Part shown: piece by piece, positions 47,322 through 57,800 of the stretch
How the letters are laid out: each line of letters begins with the position of its first letter
Numbering within the stretch: position 1 is the first letter of the stretch
From: a virus
Length of the DNA: 64,000 nt
Reading direction: 5' to 3' (one strand)
Virus record (IMG/VR): IMGVR_UViG_3300029922_000013
Coordinates: 1-64,000 of that record
Translations under genes and position numbers: made by a program
The notes under the pieces: generated by a model
Told to the model about the DNA's origin: nothing
What the model saw: only the letters and a program-made list of their open reading frames with translations
The model's database searches: none

Positions 47322-48713
47322 ATGAAAATGATTGAACAACTTCAGTCGTTAATGAAAGCCCTTGAAGCAGGCAGTTATATGGCCTCTCCAGGGAATTTGG
47401 AACAGGGTGCAGCTCTTCAAGTTGAAGATCTATCACCTGTAATGCAAAACGTTACTTTTGATGATAGTCATATTAAGTTGCAGAAAATGCTTCCTTCCAA
47501 GGAAGTCAAATCCCAACTTCATCAATTCAATCGTCAGCTCGATTATGGTATCTTCGGGGGTTCTGCCCAGTTCGAAGGTGGCGTAGGCGAAGAAGACGTG
47601 TCTAACTTCATCCGTGCAGTTGTGCCTATGGCATATTACAGCACGATTCGTAGAGTGACCGTTGCTGCCAACATGATTGGTGCATTTGACGGCGTCAAAG
47701 CTGAAGATCGTTCTTCTGCTGATGCTGCGATGAAACTCGCTGGCGACATCGAGTTTGACTCCTTCCGTGGACAAGCTGACTTCTCGAACGCTGGTGTTTT
47801 CGATGGTAATCCTACCGTTGTTGCTCAGCTTCCTAACATGATTGGTGTTGACCAACAGGTTCGTCAGTCTGATACTCAGAGCAACACTCAAGATTTGATG
47901 TTTGCTGAATTCGGATCTAACCAGACCGTAGTGCTTTCGTCTGGCGGTACCCTTACTCAGTCGATCATCGAAGATTCTTCGGTTCGTTCTGCCATGAACA
48001 TGGGAGCTGCTGATCGTCTTATCCTCGATCCAATCAGCTTGTCGGCTTATAACAAAATCGCTCACGCTAAGGAACGTATCATGCTTGCTGGTTCTGCTCA
48101 AGAAGCTACCGGCGCTCATCTTCGTACCCAGTGGACTTCGTCTGCAGTGGTTTCGCTTGAAGCTTCCCGTTTCTTGTCTGGAAAGACCCAACCAGCTCGT
48201 TCGCGCGTTGGTACTCCTAATCAGCCATCGATCGCCGTTGCTGATGCAGGTGCTGCAGGATCTCTCCTTCAGGCTGGAACCTATACGTACTACGCTACCG
48301 CGTGCTCGCTCTTGGGTGAATCTCTCCCGAGTCCTTCGCAGGTAGCAACTGTGACCGCTGCTGGTGACAAAGTCACTGTCACGATCACGGCTCAATCCGG
48401 CGCTGCTTACTACAATGTCTATCGTTCAGAACTCGGTGGCAACACCGCTAATGCGAAGTTCATTGGTAAGATCAAACAGAGCAGCGGGAACCCAGTGTTC
48501 ACTGACCTTGGCAATAAACAGCCAGGTTCTGTTACTGGTTTCTTGATCCAAGGGAATACCCTCGGATTTGCTCAGTTGGCTCCATACAGCAAACTTAAAT
48601 TGGCAGTTTCGGATCTCTCACTTCCGGAAGCGCATTTTAGGTTTTTGTCCCTTGCAGCCTATCAGCCAAGAAAGAATGTGCTCATAGATAACATCACTGG
48701 TCAACTTAGCTAA
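47322..48713 (+). CDS. Major capsid protein
   Basis: GAALQVEDL N-arm, IEFDSFRG, Ig-like insertion (YTYYAT...GES...YYNVYRS) as in SPO1/Twort-type MCPs; strongly biased codons. Confidence 0.9.
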   Translation: MKMIEQLQSLMKALEAGSYMASPGNLEQGAALQVEDLSPVMQNVTFDDSHIKLQKMLPSKEVKSQLHQFNRQLDYGIFGGSAQFEGGVGEEDVSNFIRAVVPMAYYSTIRRVTVAANMIGAFDGVKAEDRSSADAAMKLAGDIEFDSFRGQADFSNAGVFDGNPTVVAQLPNMIGVDQQVRQSDTQSNTQDLMFAEFGSNQTVVLSSGGTLTQSIIEDSSVRSAMNMGAADRLILDPISLSAYNKIAHAKERIMLAGSAQEATGAHLRTQWTSSAVVSLEASRFLSGKTQPARSRVGTPNQPSIAVADAGAAGSLLQAGTYTYYATACSLLGESLPSPSQVATVTAAGDKVTVTITAQSGAAYYNVYRSELGGNTANAKFIGKIKQSSGNPVFTDLGNKQPGSVTGFLIQGNTLGFAQLAPYSKLKLAVSDLSLPEAHFRFLSLAAYQPRKNVLIDNITGQLS

Positions 48714-48737
48714 TAAAACTGAATAAAATCAGATATT

Positions 48738-48775
48738 TAAAGCCCCTTATTGAAAAATAAGGGGCTTTTTTATTT
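48738..48775 (+). terminator. Rho-independent terminator after MCP
   Basis: AGCCCCTTAT...ATAAGGGGCT plus T tract. Confidence 0.9.
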
Positions 48776-48816
48776 CATGGTTGACAAATAGCAATCTTCA
48801 CTATATGCTATTAAAC

Positions 48817-50370
48817 ATGAAGACAGCAAATTGTAAAAATTGTAAAAAAGAATTTGAATATAAATGGACAGGCAGAGGAAATTCTTGTTCGAAAGAGTGC
48901 ACAGCTGTCATCGTTGCTAAAAGTAAATTAAAATATTCCGATGAACAAATAGAACTGGTTGTTTTCTTAAAAAAAGAAGGTAGAACTAATAAAGACATCG
49001 TCACTTTAAGTGGAGTTAAACTCAGTAAAGTAAAAGAAATTATTAAGAATAATAATGTTCTGCTTACTCCAGAAGAACGTCAAAAGCATGCTTATGAAGC
49101 GAAAATAGCAAAGGACCCGCTAGCCATGGAACGCATGAGATCTAGTAGGACTGAAGAATCTTTTGAAAGAGCTGCTAAAACTAGAACCAAAACTTTGTCA
49201 GATCCAAAATATTTTAATATTTTTTCTACAAACGCCAAAAATGTATGGATCGACTTTCGCGACAATCCTGCTAAATATAAAAAGCGCGTAAATAAACAAT
49301 CTGTCTCCCAAAGAGAGACCAAGCTTGGGATGTCTTTGGAGAAATACGAAGAACTGTTGCTTATAATTAAGAAAGAAGTAGAAGATAAAAAAGAAACAAT
49401 CACATCTGCATCACAAAAATATGAAATATCCTTTATAACTACGCTCCGACAGTTTCATAAACGTGGCTGGGGTGATCTCGTTTCTAGTTTTGTCTCCAAA
49501 GCCCAACTGGATATCTATAACTATGTAAAAAGTATTACCGATAAAACTATACTTTTGAATGACAGAACCGCTCTTAGAGGAACAGAACTAGATGTTTATG
49601 TTCCAGAATTAAGATTTGGTATAGAGTTCAACGGATTGTATTGGCATTCTTCCGGATCGGATCAATTCAAGAAGATGTCTCACGTCAAAAAAATACAAAA
49701 ATGCCTAGACAATAACGTTAGCCTATTGGCTATTTATGAAGACGAATGGAAAAATGAGGCAAAACAAGAACTGATCAAGAAAATGATCGCTTATCGTCTT
49801 AAAGTGTTAAAACCAAAAACATTGAGTCCTAGAAAACTTGAATTGAGACTGCTTCCCTCTAATTCGCAGTTTAAAGGTTTCTTCGAAAAACATCATATCG
49901 ATGGACACTCAAACGCTTCCTTTGCCTATGGTTTTTTTAAGGGAGAGGAATTGATATTTTGTGCTTCTTTTAGAACGAATTTTAACAAGGAATTAGAAAT
50001 CGCCAGACTTGCGTCTAATTATGATTACTCAGTCCCAGGTGCTCTTGGAAAAATTCTTAAGAAGATAAATCAACCTATCGTAAGCTATTCCAATAATCGT
50101 TTATCTCATGGAAATATTTACGTTCAAAATGGCTTTGTAGAAATAACCAAAAGTCATCAACCCTCCTATTGGTACACAGACCTTAAAACTAGAGTTTGGC
50201 GCTTTAAATGTAAAAGGAACAATGATCCAGTTATTATTGCTCAATTCCCTACTGAACAAACCCAAGCTGAAAATGGAGTATTTAGTCAAAAACTCTTTGG
50301 AGATGACAGACCTTTATTTAGAATTGAAGACTATGGTCACAGAAAATGGCTTTGGAATCCTAGCACTTAG
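48817..50370 (+). CDS. Hef-like homing endonuclease
   Basis: ELDVYVPELRFGIEFNGLYWHS, IYEDEW, EIARLAS; inserted between MCP and terminase. Confidence 0.75.
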   Translation: MKTANCKNCKKEFEYKWTGRGNSCSKECTAVIVAKSKLKYSDEQIELVVFLKKEGRTNKDIVTLSGVKLSKVKEIIKNNNVLLTPEERQKHAYEAKIAKDPLAMERMRSSRTEESFERAAKTRTKTLSDPKYFNIFSTNAKNVWIDFRDNPAKYKKRVNKQSVSQRETKLGMSLEKYEELLLIIKKEVEDKKETITSASQKYEISFITTLRQFHKRGWGDLVSSFVSKAQLDIYNYVKSITDKTILLNDRTALRGTELDVYVPELRFGIEFNGLYWHSSGSDQFKKMSHVKKIQKCLDNNVSLLAIYEDEWKNEAKQELIKKMIAYRLKVLKPKTLSPRKLELRLLPSNSQFKGFFEKHHIDGHSNASFAYGFFKGEELIFCASFRTNFNKELEIARLASNYDYSVPGALGKILKKINQPIVSYSNNRLSHGNIYVQNGFVEITKSHQPSYWYTDLKTRVWRFKCKRNNDPVIIAQFPTEQTQAENGVFSQKLFGDDRPLFRIEDYGHRKWLWNPST

Positions 50371-50392
50371 ACACTTATGATATAACCAAGGC

Positions 50393-52258
50393 ATGGATTT
50401 TGCCTTATTAGAAGATAGTAAAAAAGCCGAAATAGCTAAATTAATGCTTGCCCCTTTGAATTCTGCGAAGGAAATTAAGGATTGGGCTAAGTTCTATTTA
50501 GATCTCGAACTACCCACCGAAAATACCGACCCAGATTCCACATCCAACCCTCTAGACGCAGCATGGTATATCTACGAAACCTTCAAAAATAACTGGGGTA
50601 ATGTAAGACCTGGCGCTATTATGATTAGTTGTCGTGAAGGTCTAAAAACTATTATTGTGACTATTTTAGAGCTTCTTTTATTGATTCATTTTCAACTTGA
50701 GGTCGGTCATGCGGCAGCTATCGAGTCTCAGTCGTCTATTGCTTTAAACTATATAGAAGGCTTTCTTCTTAAAATTGGCCCTCTACTGGATGCAGCTGGT
50801 TGGATTCCAATGTCTTCCAATAAGCGTGTTATCCGCTATAAGACCCCTCAGAAAAAAACTGCTTTTATCAAGGTTGTTATTTGTTCTTCCAAAGGGATGA
50901 ATGGATTGCATTCAAATGTACTATTTCTTGATGAATTAGATCTAGCTGATAAGGCAGCTCTCAAAGAAGGTAAGAACATTACCGGATTCTCTAAGGGCGT
51001 TTACGGAATGATGGTTTTGGTCAGTTCTTACAAGTACTCATTCGGTAATGTGGCCGAAGCTTTGGAAAAAGCTGATGACATGAACTATAAAGTTCTTAAG
51101 TGGAATCTACTGGACCTCACCGAAAAATGTCCAGAGGATCGTCATAAGCCCGATGAACCCAGACAAGACATGTATGTGGCTAAAGACTTACCACTTAGAA
51201 ATTTATTGCAAGAAGAGTATTTGATACTGCCGGATATAGAGAAACCCAAATACGAATTCATTAAAGATGCTTATGCAGGTTGTGTGAAATGTCCTTTGTT
51301 GCCTCTTTGTAAGAAAAAACTCGCCGTTAAAGATGCGTCAGCTACTGGTGGTTTTTATAAACCCATCAGTTCGGTCATTCAAAAATTCAGAGAAAATGAC
51401 CCTGATATGGCTGCTTCTCAATTACTGTGCCAAAAACCAGGGAGCGAAGGGCTGGTTTATCCCAGATTTAGTTCGGGCGTAGGAATCGGCAATGTCATTA
51501 CTACCAAACAAGCTTACGAAACTTTGATCGGTCCCACAAATTTCCAGAACGTATCAGAAGCGACTCTTTTATACGAAATGCAAAAAGCTGGGATCGAATT
51601 CTTCTGTGGCGTTGACTGGGGATTTGGACATGATTTCGTCATTCTAGTAGTAGCCAAGATTCCCAATGGCGATTGGTGGCTGATGGAAACGTATGCATCC
51701 CCCGGTTTAGAGTTTGATGACATATTACAAATTTCAAAAACCTACCGCGATAAATACAATCCATCAAAATGGTTTGTTGACCAAAATATGCCAGCTTACA
51801 TTAAGTCCTTCAATAAAAATGGTATGAAGTGTCCTCCTTTTACAAAAGACGTTTTGGGAGGCATCAGTGCTGTTAGGTCTAAAATAGTTAGTTCTGGCGG
51901 CAAAAGATCTTTCAAAATTTTGCAAAATGAAAGTAATAAAAAAACTATATCGGCCATAGCCAAACATCGTTTCCAGTTGGATGGTCAGGGTAATGTGACT
52001 CCGAATCCGGCAGATGAAATGGGTATTGCCGATATTTGCGATAGCTTAAGGTACATAGGCCAGAATATGTGGGCTGTTCGTGGTACTTACAGGGCTATGG
52101 TGGAATATACGGATGATCCAGGCAAGGTAGGAATGCCAAACAAGCCCAATCCTACTGTAAACGAGCAAATGCGCAATGAAATTGCCAAGAGAATCAATGG
52201 GGACTCTGTTGCCATAAGCAGTACCAAAAAGAAGGGTGGATTTACATTTACCTTTTAA
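50393..52258 (+). CDS. terL: Terminase large subunit
   Basis: Deviant Walker A (SCREGLKT), LFLDE Walker B, GVDWG and DICDSLRY nuclease motifs. Confidence 0.85.
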   Translation: MDFALLEDSKKAEIAKLMLAPLNSAKEIKDWAKFYLDLELPTENTDPDSTSNPLDAAWYIYETFKNNWGNVRPGAIMISCREGLKTIIVTILELLLLIHFQLEVGHAAAIESQSSIALNYIEGFLLKIGPLLDAAGWIPMSSNKRVIRYKTPQKKTAFIKVVICSSKGMNGLHSNVLFLDELDLADKAALKEGKNITGFSKGVYGMMVLVSSYKYSFGNVAEALEKADDMNYKVLKWNLLDLTEKCPEDRHKPDEPRQDMYVAKDLPLRNLLQEEYLILPDIEKPKYEFIKDAYAGCVKCPLLPLCKKKLAVKDASATGGFYKPISSVIQKFRENDPDMAASQLLCQKPGSEGLVYPRFSSGVGIGNVITTKQAYETLIGPTNFQNVSEATLLYEMQKAGIEFFCGVDWGFGHDFVILVVAKIPNGDWWLMETYASPGLEFDDILQISKTYRDKYNPSKWFVDQNMPAYIKSFNKNGMKCPPFTKDVLGGISAVRSKIVSSGGKRSFKILQNESNKKTISAIAKHRFQLDGQGNVTPNPADEMGIADICDSLRYIGQNMWAVRGTYRAMVEYTDDPGKVGMPNKPNPTVNEQMRNEIAKRINGDSVAISSTKKKGGFTFTF

Positions 52259-52323
52259 TTTCAATAGTTTGTGCAAGCTCTCATAAAAAGCAATCTTTAA
52301 CGTAGTATATCAGGAGCTTAAAA

Positions 52324-53277
52324 ATGCCACTAAAAAGTTTAATATTTTTGCAGGCTTACGGGGTAGGCGGTAATGGTGGAGCTTGTTCTGGGAACCAGCC
52401 TCAAAGACAGAATTTTAAGTGGACGAGAGAAACCACTGATTTTTCTATATCTAGTGCCCTCAGTGAGACCTTCCAAACCGCGCCAGGAGCCACCCAAGCC
52501 CTTTTTAGCGGCACCAGGAGCCTTACACAAGACAATACGACTACCTACTCTTTAGCCCTTGCACCGTTCAGTACCAGTACCTACCAGCTTTCTTATGTTT
52601 CCGGGATGGTTCCTGGTTTTAGAACGCTAAGAACGATTGGCACGAACGCTACTTCACAAGTAACTACATCCATAAATGGTCCAGTATTAACCTACACCTT
52701 CACTGGCGGAACACTCCCGAACCTGAGTTCAGTTCAGGTTGGAGACCAAGTCCTTATTGGTAACCAATTCAATCTTGCCAATCAAGGCATATTCCAGATT
52801 ATTTCAACCACTAGCACGAGTATTTCCGTAGTTAATCCGACAGGGTACGTTCAAGGGCCAATAACCCTAGGATCTGGATACGCTACCCAACTTCGCATCT
52901 TTAGTGCCGGCAACGTTCAAGTGGGCGATACTCTGGTTATTAACTCTGGTTTTAGTCCTGTTTCTCAAAATTCTTACGAAATTACTCAAGTAACCGACTC
53001 GTATGTCCAATTTTCTTATGCAGGCGCCTTGCCAACAGAAACCGTGACGACCGAAGTCACCGCATACACTATGGCTAAAACCATGATCTATATGGAATGT
53101 GACCAAAAATGTGAGATTTTGATCAACGGAGCTGTTACTGGTCCCATAGTTACCCCCATTGTTTCCAATGGCGTTGCTTATCCTGGATTGTTCCTGCTAA
53201 ACTCTGTGATCTGGAGTCTTTCCGTTACTAATAACTCAATCAATCTAGCCAATATCACGCTCCTAAGCACTGAATGA
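52324..53277 (+). CDS. Putative virion structural protein
   Basis: T/S-rich beta protein; late motif at 52292. Confidence 0.6.
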   Translation: MPLKSLIFLQAYGVGGNGGACSGNQPQRQNFKWTRETTDFSISSALSETFQTAPGATQALFSGTRSLTQDNTTTYSLALAPFSTSTYQLSYVSGMVPGFRTLRTIGTNATSQVTTSINGPVLTYTFTGGTLPNLSSVQVGDQVLIGNQFNLANQGIFQIISTTSTSISVVNPTGYVQGPITLGSGYATQLRIFSAGNVQVGDTLVINSGFSPVSQNSYEITQVTDSYVQFSYAGALPTETVTTEVTAYTMAKTMIYMECDQKCEILINGAVTGPIVTPIVSNGVAYPGLFLLNSVIWSLSVTNNSINLANITLLSTE

Positions 53278-53293
53278 TATAAGAGGGGCGTAT

Positions 53294-55141
53294 ATGGAAG
53301 ATAAAGACAAGAAAAAAGTAGCCCTTGCTTTTGGTGACAGTACGGAAGACACGGTTGAAAAATCTGGTCTTTCTGAATTGCAACACGCAATTGATAGCGT
53401 ATCTTTGTCTGCAGACTCTCTAGCAAAAGGAGAATCCCCACTCCATAAGCTCATTCGTCAGACTACCGGAACGGCGAAGAAAAAAGCCCCAAGCTTAGCT
53501 TTTTCAGAACTACCTTCTCCGCAGGCCAATTTTCTTGGTTTATTTAAAGCTCGTACCCGACTCTTACCCCCAGAATTGATTAAAACGGTTCGAGTTACAG
53601 ATCATTTGGTTGCTGCGATTTTAAGAACACGCGGCAACATCATGAAGCTTTATGGTCATTTGAGAAAAGACCGCTTCGACGTAGGCCTTCAGCTTGACAT
53701 CAAAGCTGAGTTCTTGGATCTATTTACTCCTGAGCAATATGAAAAAATTGTAACTAGGATGAAGAGGCTTGAAATCCTACTTTTGAATTGCGGCCACGAT
53801 GAAGGTCTTGAGCAACAAGACAAAATGACTCTTGCTGATTTCATGAGCACCCAGACCATCAACGGCCTAAGTTTCGGATCTCATGGTACAGAAATTATAT
53901 ACGATCGTTCAGGTAAACCAGACAAAGATGGCAACTTCCCTTTTCATCGTTTTAGACCTGTAGACATTGCAACTATTTATCGCGCCGTTCGTCGTGGTGA
54001 ACAAGTAGGTCAGAACCTGCGTGAGTTGGCTCTCAAAGCCTTAGAAGCGATGGAAGGCAATTCTTTCAACATAGATATCAGCAAGCTCAGAGAAGATCAC
54101 TACGCCTGGTTACAGGTCATTGAAGGTCAACCTAGACAAGCGTTCACTCATAATGAAATGCTCGTTTACAATCTATTCCCATCTACGGACGTAGAGCACA
54201 ACGGATACCCTGTATCACCTTTAGACACATGCGTGAATTGTGTTACGACTCACATCTCAATCGAAGCTTTCTGGAAGACCTACTTCTCTAATGGTAAGAG
54301 CGCCAAAGGGATGTTGGTTATTAAGAGTGAAGAAGTTGATCAACAAATGATTGACGCCATTAAAATGCAATTTAATGCTTCGATCAACTCCGTATCTAAT
54401 GCATTCAGAACCCCTATTTTTGGTATATCTACAACCGATGACGTTCAGTGGACTCCAACTCAAGATCGCCTTGAGAATGGTGAATTCTCGTTTACCTACG
54501 ATCAAGTAGCCAGAAACATCTTGTCAGCTTTCGGTGTGTCTCCTGATGAAATTCCAGGGTATGGCCATTTGTCTAAAGGAACTAATTCACAAACGCTTTC
54601 AGAATCAAATAATGAATTCAAGATGACCGCTGCCAGAGATTCCGGCTTAAGGCCTCTGATTCTTGGCTGGCAAACTTACTTCAATCAAAGGCTGCTACCC
54701 ATCATCGACCCAGAGATGGCTCAAATAGTCGAAGTTAAATTGTCTGGTTTGGATGCTCAATCAAAGGAACAAGAGTCTGCCCGTTTACAACAAGACTCCA
54801 CTCTATTCCATACCTATGATAGTTTGCTTGCAGAAGTAGATGAGGATGGACCTGGAAAAGCTTTTGGGGGAGATGTTCCATTTAATGAACGCTATCGTCA
54901 AGTATTAGATTTTTATAGTAGTGTAGGAGAAGTTCGTAGCAAGTTCTTTGGCGATCCTAGCGCCTTAATAGATCCACTTCTTAAGTTTAAAAGAGACCCA
55001 TTTGCCCTACAATGGATACAACTTCTGGTGCAAGTTAACCCAAATGCCATCAAAGCCATGGCAGCCCCTAAAAAACATAACCTTGAGTTTCTGAAAATGG
55101 AAATTGAAGATATGCTTGAAGATGATGGAACTGGAGAATAA
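53294..55141 (+). CDS. Portal protein
   Basis: GYPVSPL, YFSNG...KGML, ILSAFGVSPDEI, GLRPL. Confidence 0.85.
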   Translation: MEDKDKKKVALAFGDSTEDTVEKSGLSELQHAIDSVSLSADSLAKGESPLHKLIRQTTGTAKKKAPSLAFSELPSPQANFLGLFKARTRLLPPELIKTVRVTDHLVAAILRTRGNIMKLYGHLRKDRFDVGLQLDIKAEFLDLFTPEQYEKIVTRMKRLEILLLNCGHDEGLEQQDKMTLADFMSTQTINGLSFGSHGTEIIYDRSGKPDKDGNFPFHRFRPVDIATIYRAVRRGEQVGQNLRELALKALEAMEGNSFNIDISKLREDHYAWLQVIEGQPRQAFTHNEMLVYNLFPSTDVEHNGYPVSPLDTCVNCVTTHISIEAFWKTYFSNGKSAKGMLVIKSEEVDQQMIDAIKMQFNASINSVSNAFRTPIFGISTTDDVQWTPTQDRLENGEFSFTYDQVARNILSAFGVSPDEIPGYGHLSKGTNSQTLSESNNEFKMTAARDSGLRPLILGWQTYFNQRLLPIIDPEMAQIVEVKLSGLDAQSKEQESARLQQDSTLFHTYDSLLAEVDEDGPGKAFGGDVPFNERYRQVLDFYSSVGEVRSKFFGDPSALIDPLLKFKRDPFALQWIQLLVQVNPNAIKAMAAPKKHNLEFLKMEIEDMLEDDGTGE

Positions 55142-55143
55142 GT

Positions 55144-55692
55144 ATGCCGCCAATTGATTATAAGACTAAGTATCAGGAATTAAAAGCTAGATTTATGTCC
55201 AGTGTTGACGTAGCTTGGCGTGATGGTTACGAACAAGGCATGCAAGCTTCTCAAAATGACCAAGCACAGCAACAAGCTCAGCAGGCCCAGGAAGCCACGA
55301 TGGCCGCACAGCAACCCGGACAGCCTGGACAAGAAGGTCAAGAGGGTGAACAACCTCAACCAGGAGCCGAAGACGCTGAACAACAGCCTATTTCTCAGAA
55401 CCCCAATGGCGACGATGAACTTGGACAACATATCGAAAAACTTGAAAATATTCTTGGCAAAAGCGAACTATCTCCCTTTGTAATGCAAGATCTTAAAAAA
55501 GCTATAGACGAGATGCGTACGCTTACTATTCCAGCTAGAGTTAAAGCTAATGTGCCAGAAGCTGGCCTAAAAGCCTTAACACTTCAAGAGAAAATTGTTA
55601 AAGACGTGTTTGCTAAATGGGAAGGTGACCAAACCAAAGCAGCTAGCGATATCAGTTCCATTTTGAATGTAGAAGGTTTGACTAAAAAGTAA
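55144..55692 (+). CDS. Gln-rich head-associated protein
   Basis: Follows portal; LGKSE tag. Confidence 0.55.
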   Translation: MPPIDYKTKYQELKARFMSSVDVAWRDGYEQGMQASQNDQAQQQAQQAQEATMAAQQPGQPGQEGQEGEQPQPGAEDAEQQPISQNPNGDDELGQHIEKLENILGKSELSPFVMQDLKKAIDEMRTLTIPARVKANVPEAGLKALTLQEKIVKDVFAKWEGDQTKAASDISSILNVEGLTKK

Positions 55693-55697
55693 AGCCC

Positions 55698-56465
55698 ATG
55701 CATGGCATACATTCTTCTACTTCAGAATCTATAAAAAAAGTAGTCGATGATTTGTTCGACAAAACAGCTTTGCGTTTCCTCGGTCATGTTCCCAAACTCC
55801 ACCACAAACGACACACTCTAATCGGTTTTGAAGCGGGAGCCTCTTTGGCTTACCTATTCCTTCAAGCGATGGGGAACAAATATCTTAATAATGTTGAAGA
55901 TGATGTACTGAAGGGTCTGTTGGCTGGAGCTTATGGCTATATAAGTACTTTAAGGGAGAAAACTTCCAACAACATCGTTCAACAAATAGAAGGCATGGCT
56001 AGACAATCCAGATTAACTGGGGAGAAGATTGACCAAGAGACCTTGAATAAAATTATACAAGACCAATTAGACAAAGCTAAAACTGATATGGAAGCCATAG
56101 TTGCAGCAGAAGGAACCAAAACCCGTAACATTGGCACCGTGATGGAAATTTCAAGAAACGCCGCTCTTAATAATGACAGAGACCCTATCGTAGGGTTTGC
56201 TGTAATACGTGATGCGTCTACCTGTCCAGTTTGTGTTAAATTAAATATAATGGAAGACGGTGTGACTCCACGTCTTTTTAAGTTGAGTGAGCTATCCGCT
56301 GGATACTATAAACGTGGGGACAAAGTTCCTAGTCTTATAGGGAATCACCCTCACTGTAGGTGCACACCCTTCTACGTCCCTACCAATTGGGGGTTTGATA
56401 GACAAGGCCACATTACTTTCGTAGGTTCTGGTCATAATGAACTTGAGAATCAGAGAAAAGACTGA
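55698..56465 (+). CDS. MuF/SPP1 gp7-like head morphogenesis protein
   Basis: TCPVC and HPHCRC motifs, downstream of portal. Confidence 0.8.
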   Translation: MHGIHSSTSESIKKVVDDLFDKTALRFLGHVPKLHHKRHTLIGFEAGASLAYLFLQAMGNKYLNNVEDDVLKGLLAGAYGYISTLREKTSNNIVQQIEGMARQSRLTGEKIDQETLNKIIQDQLDKAKTDMEAIVAAEGTKTRNIGTVMEISRNAALNNDRDPIVGFAVIRDASTCPVCVKLNIMEDGVTPRLFKLSELSAGYYKRGDKVPSLIGNHPHCRCTPFYVPTNWGFDRQGHITFVGSGHNELENQRKD

Positions 56466-56810
56466 CTATTCAACTAGATGTACATACACTAGCTTGTTTA
56501 ACTTTTTCATTTCCTCTATCATATTTTTAGTCCCACGACTCTTCCCGTCCCATACTGCTATTAAAGCATCTGCATAAGCGGCCATGGTTTTGTTTCTAAT
56601 TGGACCTGCAGCCTTTCCGTGTGCATCCCAGTCTGCTTTAAATATTGTTAATTTTAGTGATGCTAATTTAGCAAAACTTTCTCCAAGATAATCTACGCCA
56701 GTTGCACCTCCAGATACAACTTCCGTAATATCAAACTTAGATAGCTTTATAGCCCTACCTACAGTCGGCCAGTAAGTAATGTTTCTGCCTCCTGCAATTA
56801 TAACCTTCAT
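56466..56810 (-). CDS. SLOG family (YspA/DUF2493-like) protein
   Basis: KVIIAGGR, VSGGATGVD, GKAAGPIRN, WDGKSRGT. Confidence 0.85.
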   Translation of the reverse strand: MKVIIAGGRNITYWPTVGRAIKLSKFDITEVVSGGATGVDYLGESFAKLASLKLTIFKADWDAHGKAAGPIRNKTMAAYADALIAVWDGKSRGTKNMIEEMKKLNKLVYVHLVE

Positions 56811-57043
56811 TTGTCTGGCCATCCAGGTAATCTTCTGCATTTTTGACATCGTATATAGGTAGTATCAAGCATATCCAACTGTTCTTCCCATTCCCACGAA
56901 TGTGGGGGACAAGATTTTTCTATAGGAATATCTTTTATAAAATCTTCGTGATCCTTTTTTAATTTCTCATCATAGTGAGCACCTATTTTACCAGAAATAA
57001 GAAGCAACAATATTATAATTAAAAACCATGCAAAATCGTTCAT
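56807..57043 (-). CDS. Small membrane protein with Cys motif
   Basis: N-terminal TM, CPPHSW...CQKC. Confidence 0.55.
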   Translation of the reverse strand: MNDFAWFLIIILLLLISGKIGAHYDEKLKKDHEDFIKDIPIEKSCPPHSWEWEEQLDMLDTTYIRCQKCRRLPGWPDK

Positions 57044-57053
57044 TCGCTTATCC

Positions 57054-57419
57054 TTATAATTCAGACCAGGACTTCTTGCGTCCGCGCCTACTTTTGGCCT
57101 TACTATAAAAAATATAGTATTCATCCTCATTTATATCTGCACTATCCAGCAATTTAACGGCATAAGCATGGGCTTTTGTTTCAGATCTGATTTTCTTAGA
57201 CCAATTGAACATATTGTCTCCGCTCATATAAAAGAGATGACCTGCTTCATGCGCTAGAGTGAAGTACTTTTCTTTATAGGACATTTTTGAATCTATGTAG
57301 ATAAAAGCTCTAAATTTTTTCGTGTGGTTGCAGAAACCAATAAAATCGTAATCATAAACGGCACAACGAAGTTCGTCAATGGAGGTTGCGAGTTCTTTAT
57401 AGAGTTGTTTGTAACCCAT
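57054..57419 (-). CDS. ImmA/IrrE-like metallopeptidase
   Basis: FTLAHEAGH ... E.KAHAYA. Confidence 0.7.
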   Translation of the reverse strand: MGYKQLYKELATSIDELRCAVYDYDFIGFCNHTKKFRAFIYIDSKMSYKEKYFTLAHEAGHLFYMSGDNMFNWSKKIRSETKAHAYAVKLLDSADINEDEYYIFYSKAKSRRGRKKSWSEL

Positions 57420-57736
57420 TACCATGGTGTCCGCATCGAGCAGTAAAACATGTGGTCCCATTCGAAAGAGGAGAACTTCGCTCCACATTCACATTTAAAA
57501 TCAGATCCAAAAAGTTCTTCGAAACTAACCATATCAACATAAAAGTGAGGATCATAACTAGGAATTTGGGATAGTATTAGAACGTAATCGCTAAAGCCTG
57601 CAGGATCTGTAGTATAGAAGGACCATTCCCATTTTTTATTGTTGTAGCTGAGAGCTTTAGGGAAATCCATTAGTTCTTTCCACCAGTTGATCTGTTTTTG
57701 TGGTCCTTCAGATCCAAAATGTATAGTTATTTTCAT
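57419..57736 (-). CDS. Hypothetical protein
   Basis: CECGA...H..YC C-terminus. Confidence 0.6.
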   Translation of the reverse strand: MKITIHFGSEGPQKQINWWKELMDFPKALSYNNKKWEWSFYTTDPAGFSDYVLILSQIPSYDPHFYVDMVSFEELFGSDFKCECGAKFSSFEWDHMFYCSMRTPW

Positions 57737-57800
57737 TGTTTTTTCTATACCAATCTTTATATAGGTTATAGTGATAAAGCAAGAAAGTCAAGAGGTTTAT

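Noticed and set aside
47433-48395. 320-aa antisense ORF inside the MCP gene
   Set aside because: Shadow of strongly biased MCP codons; no RBS or domain motifs.
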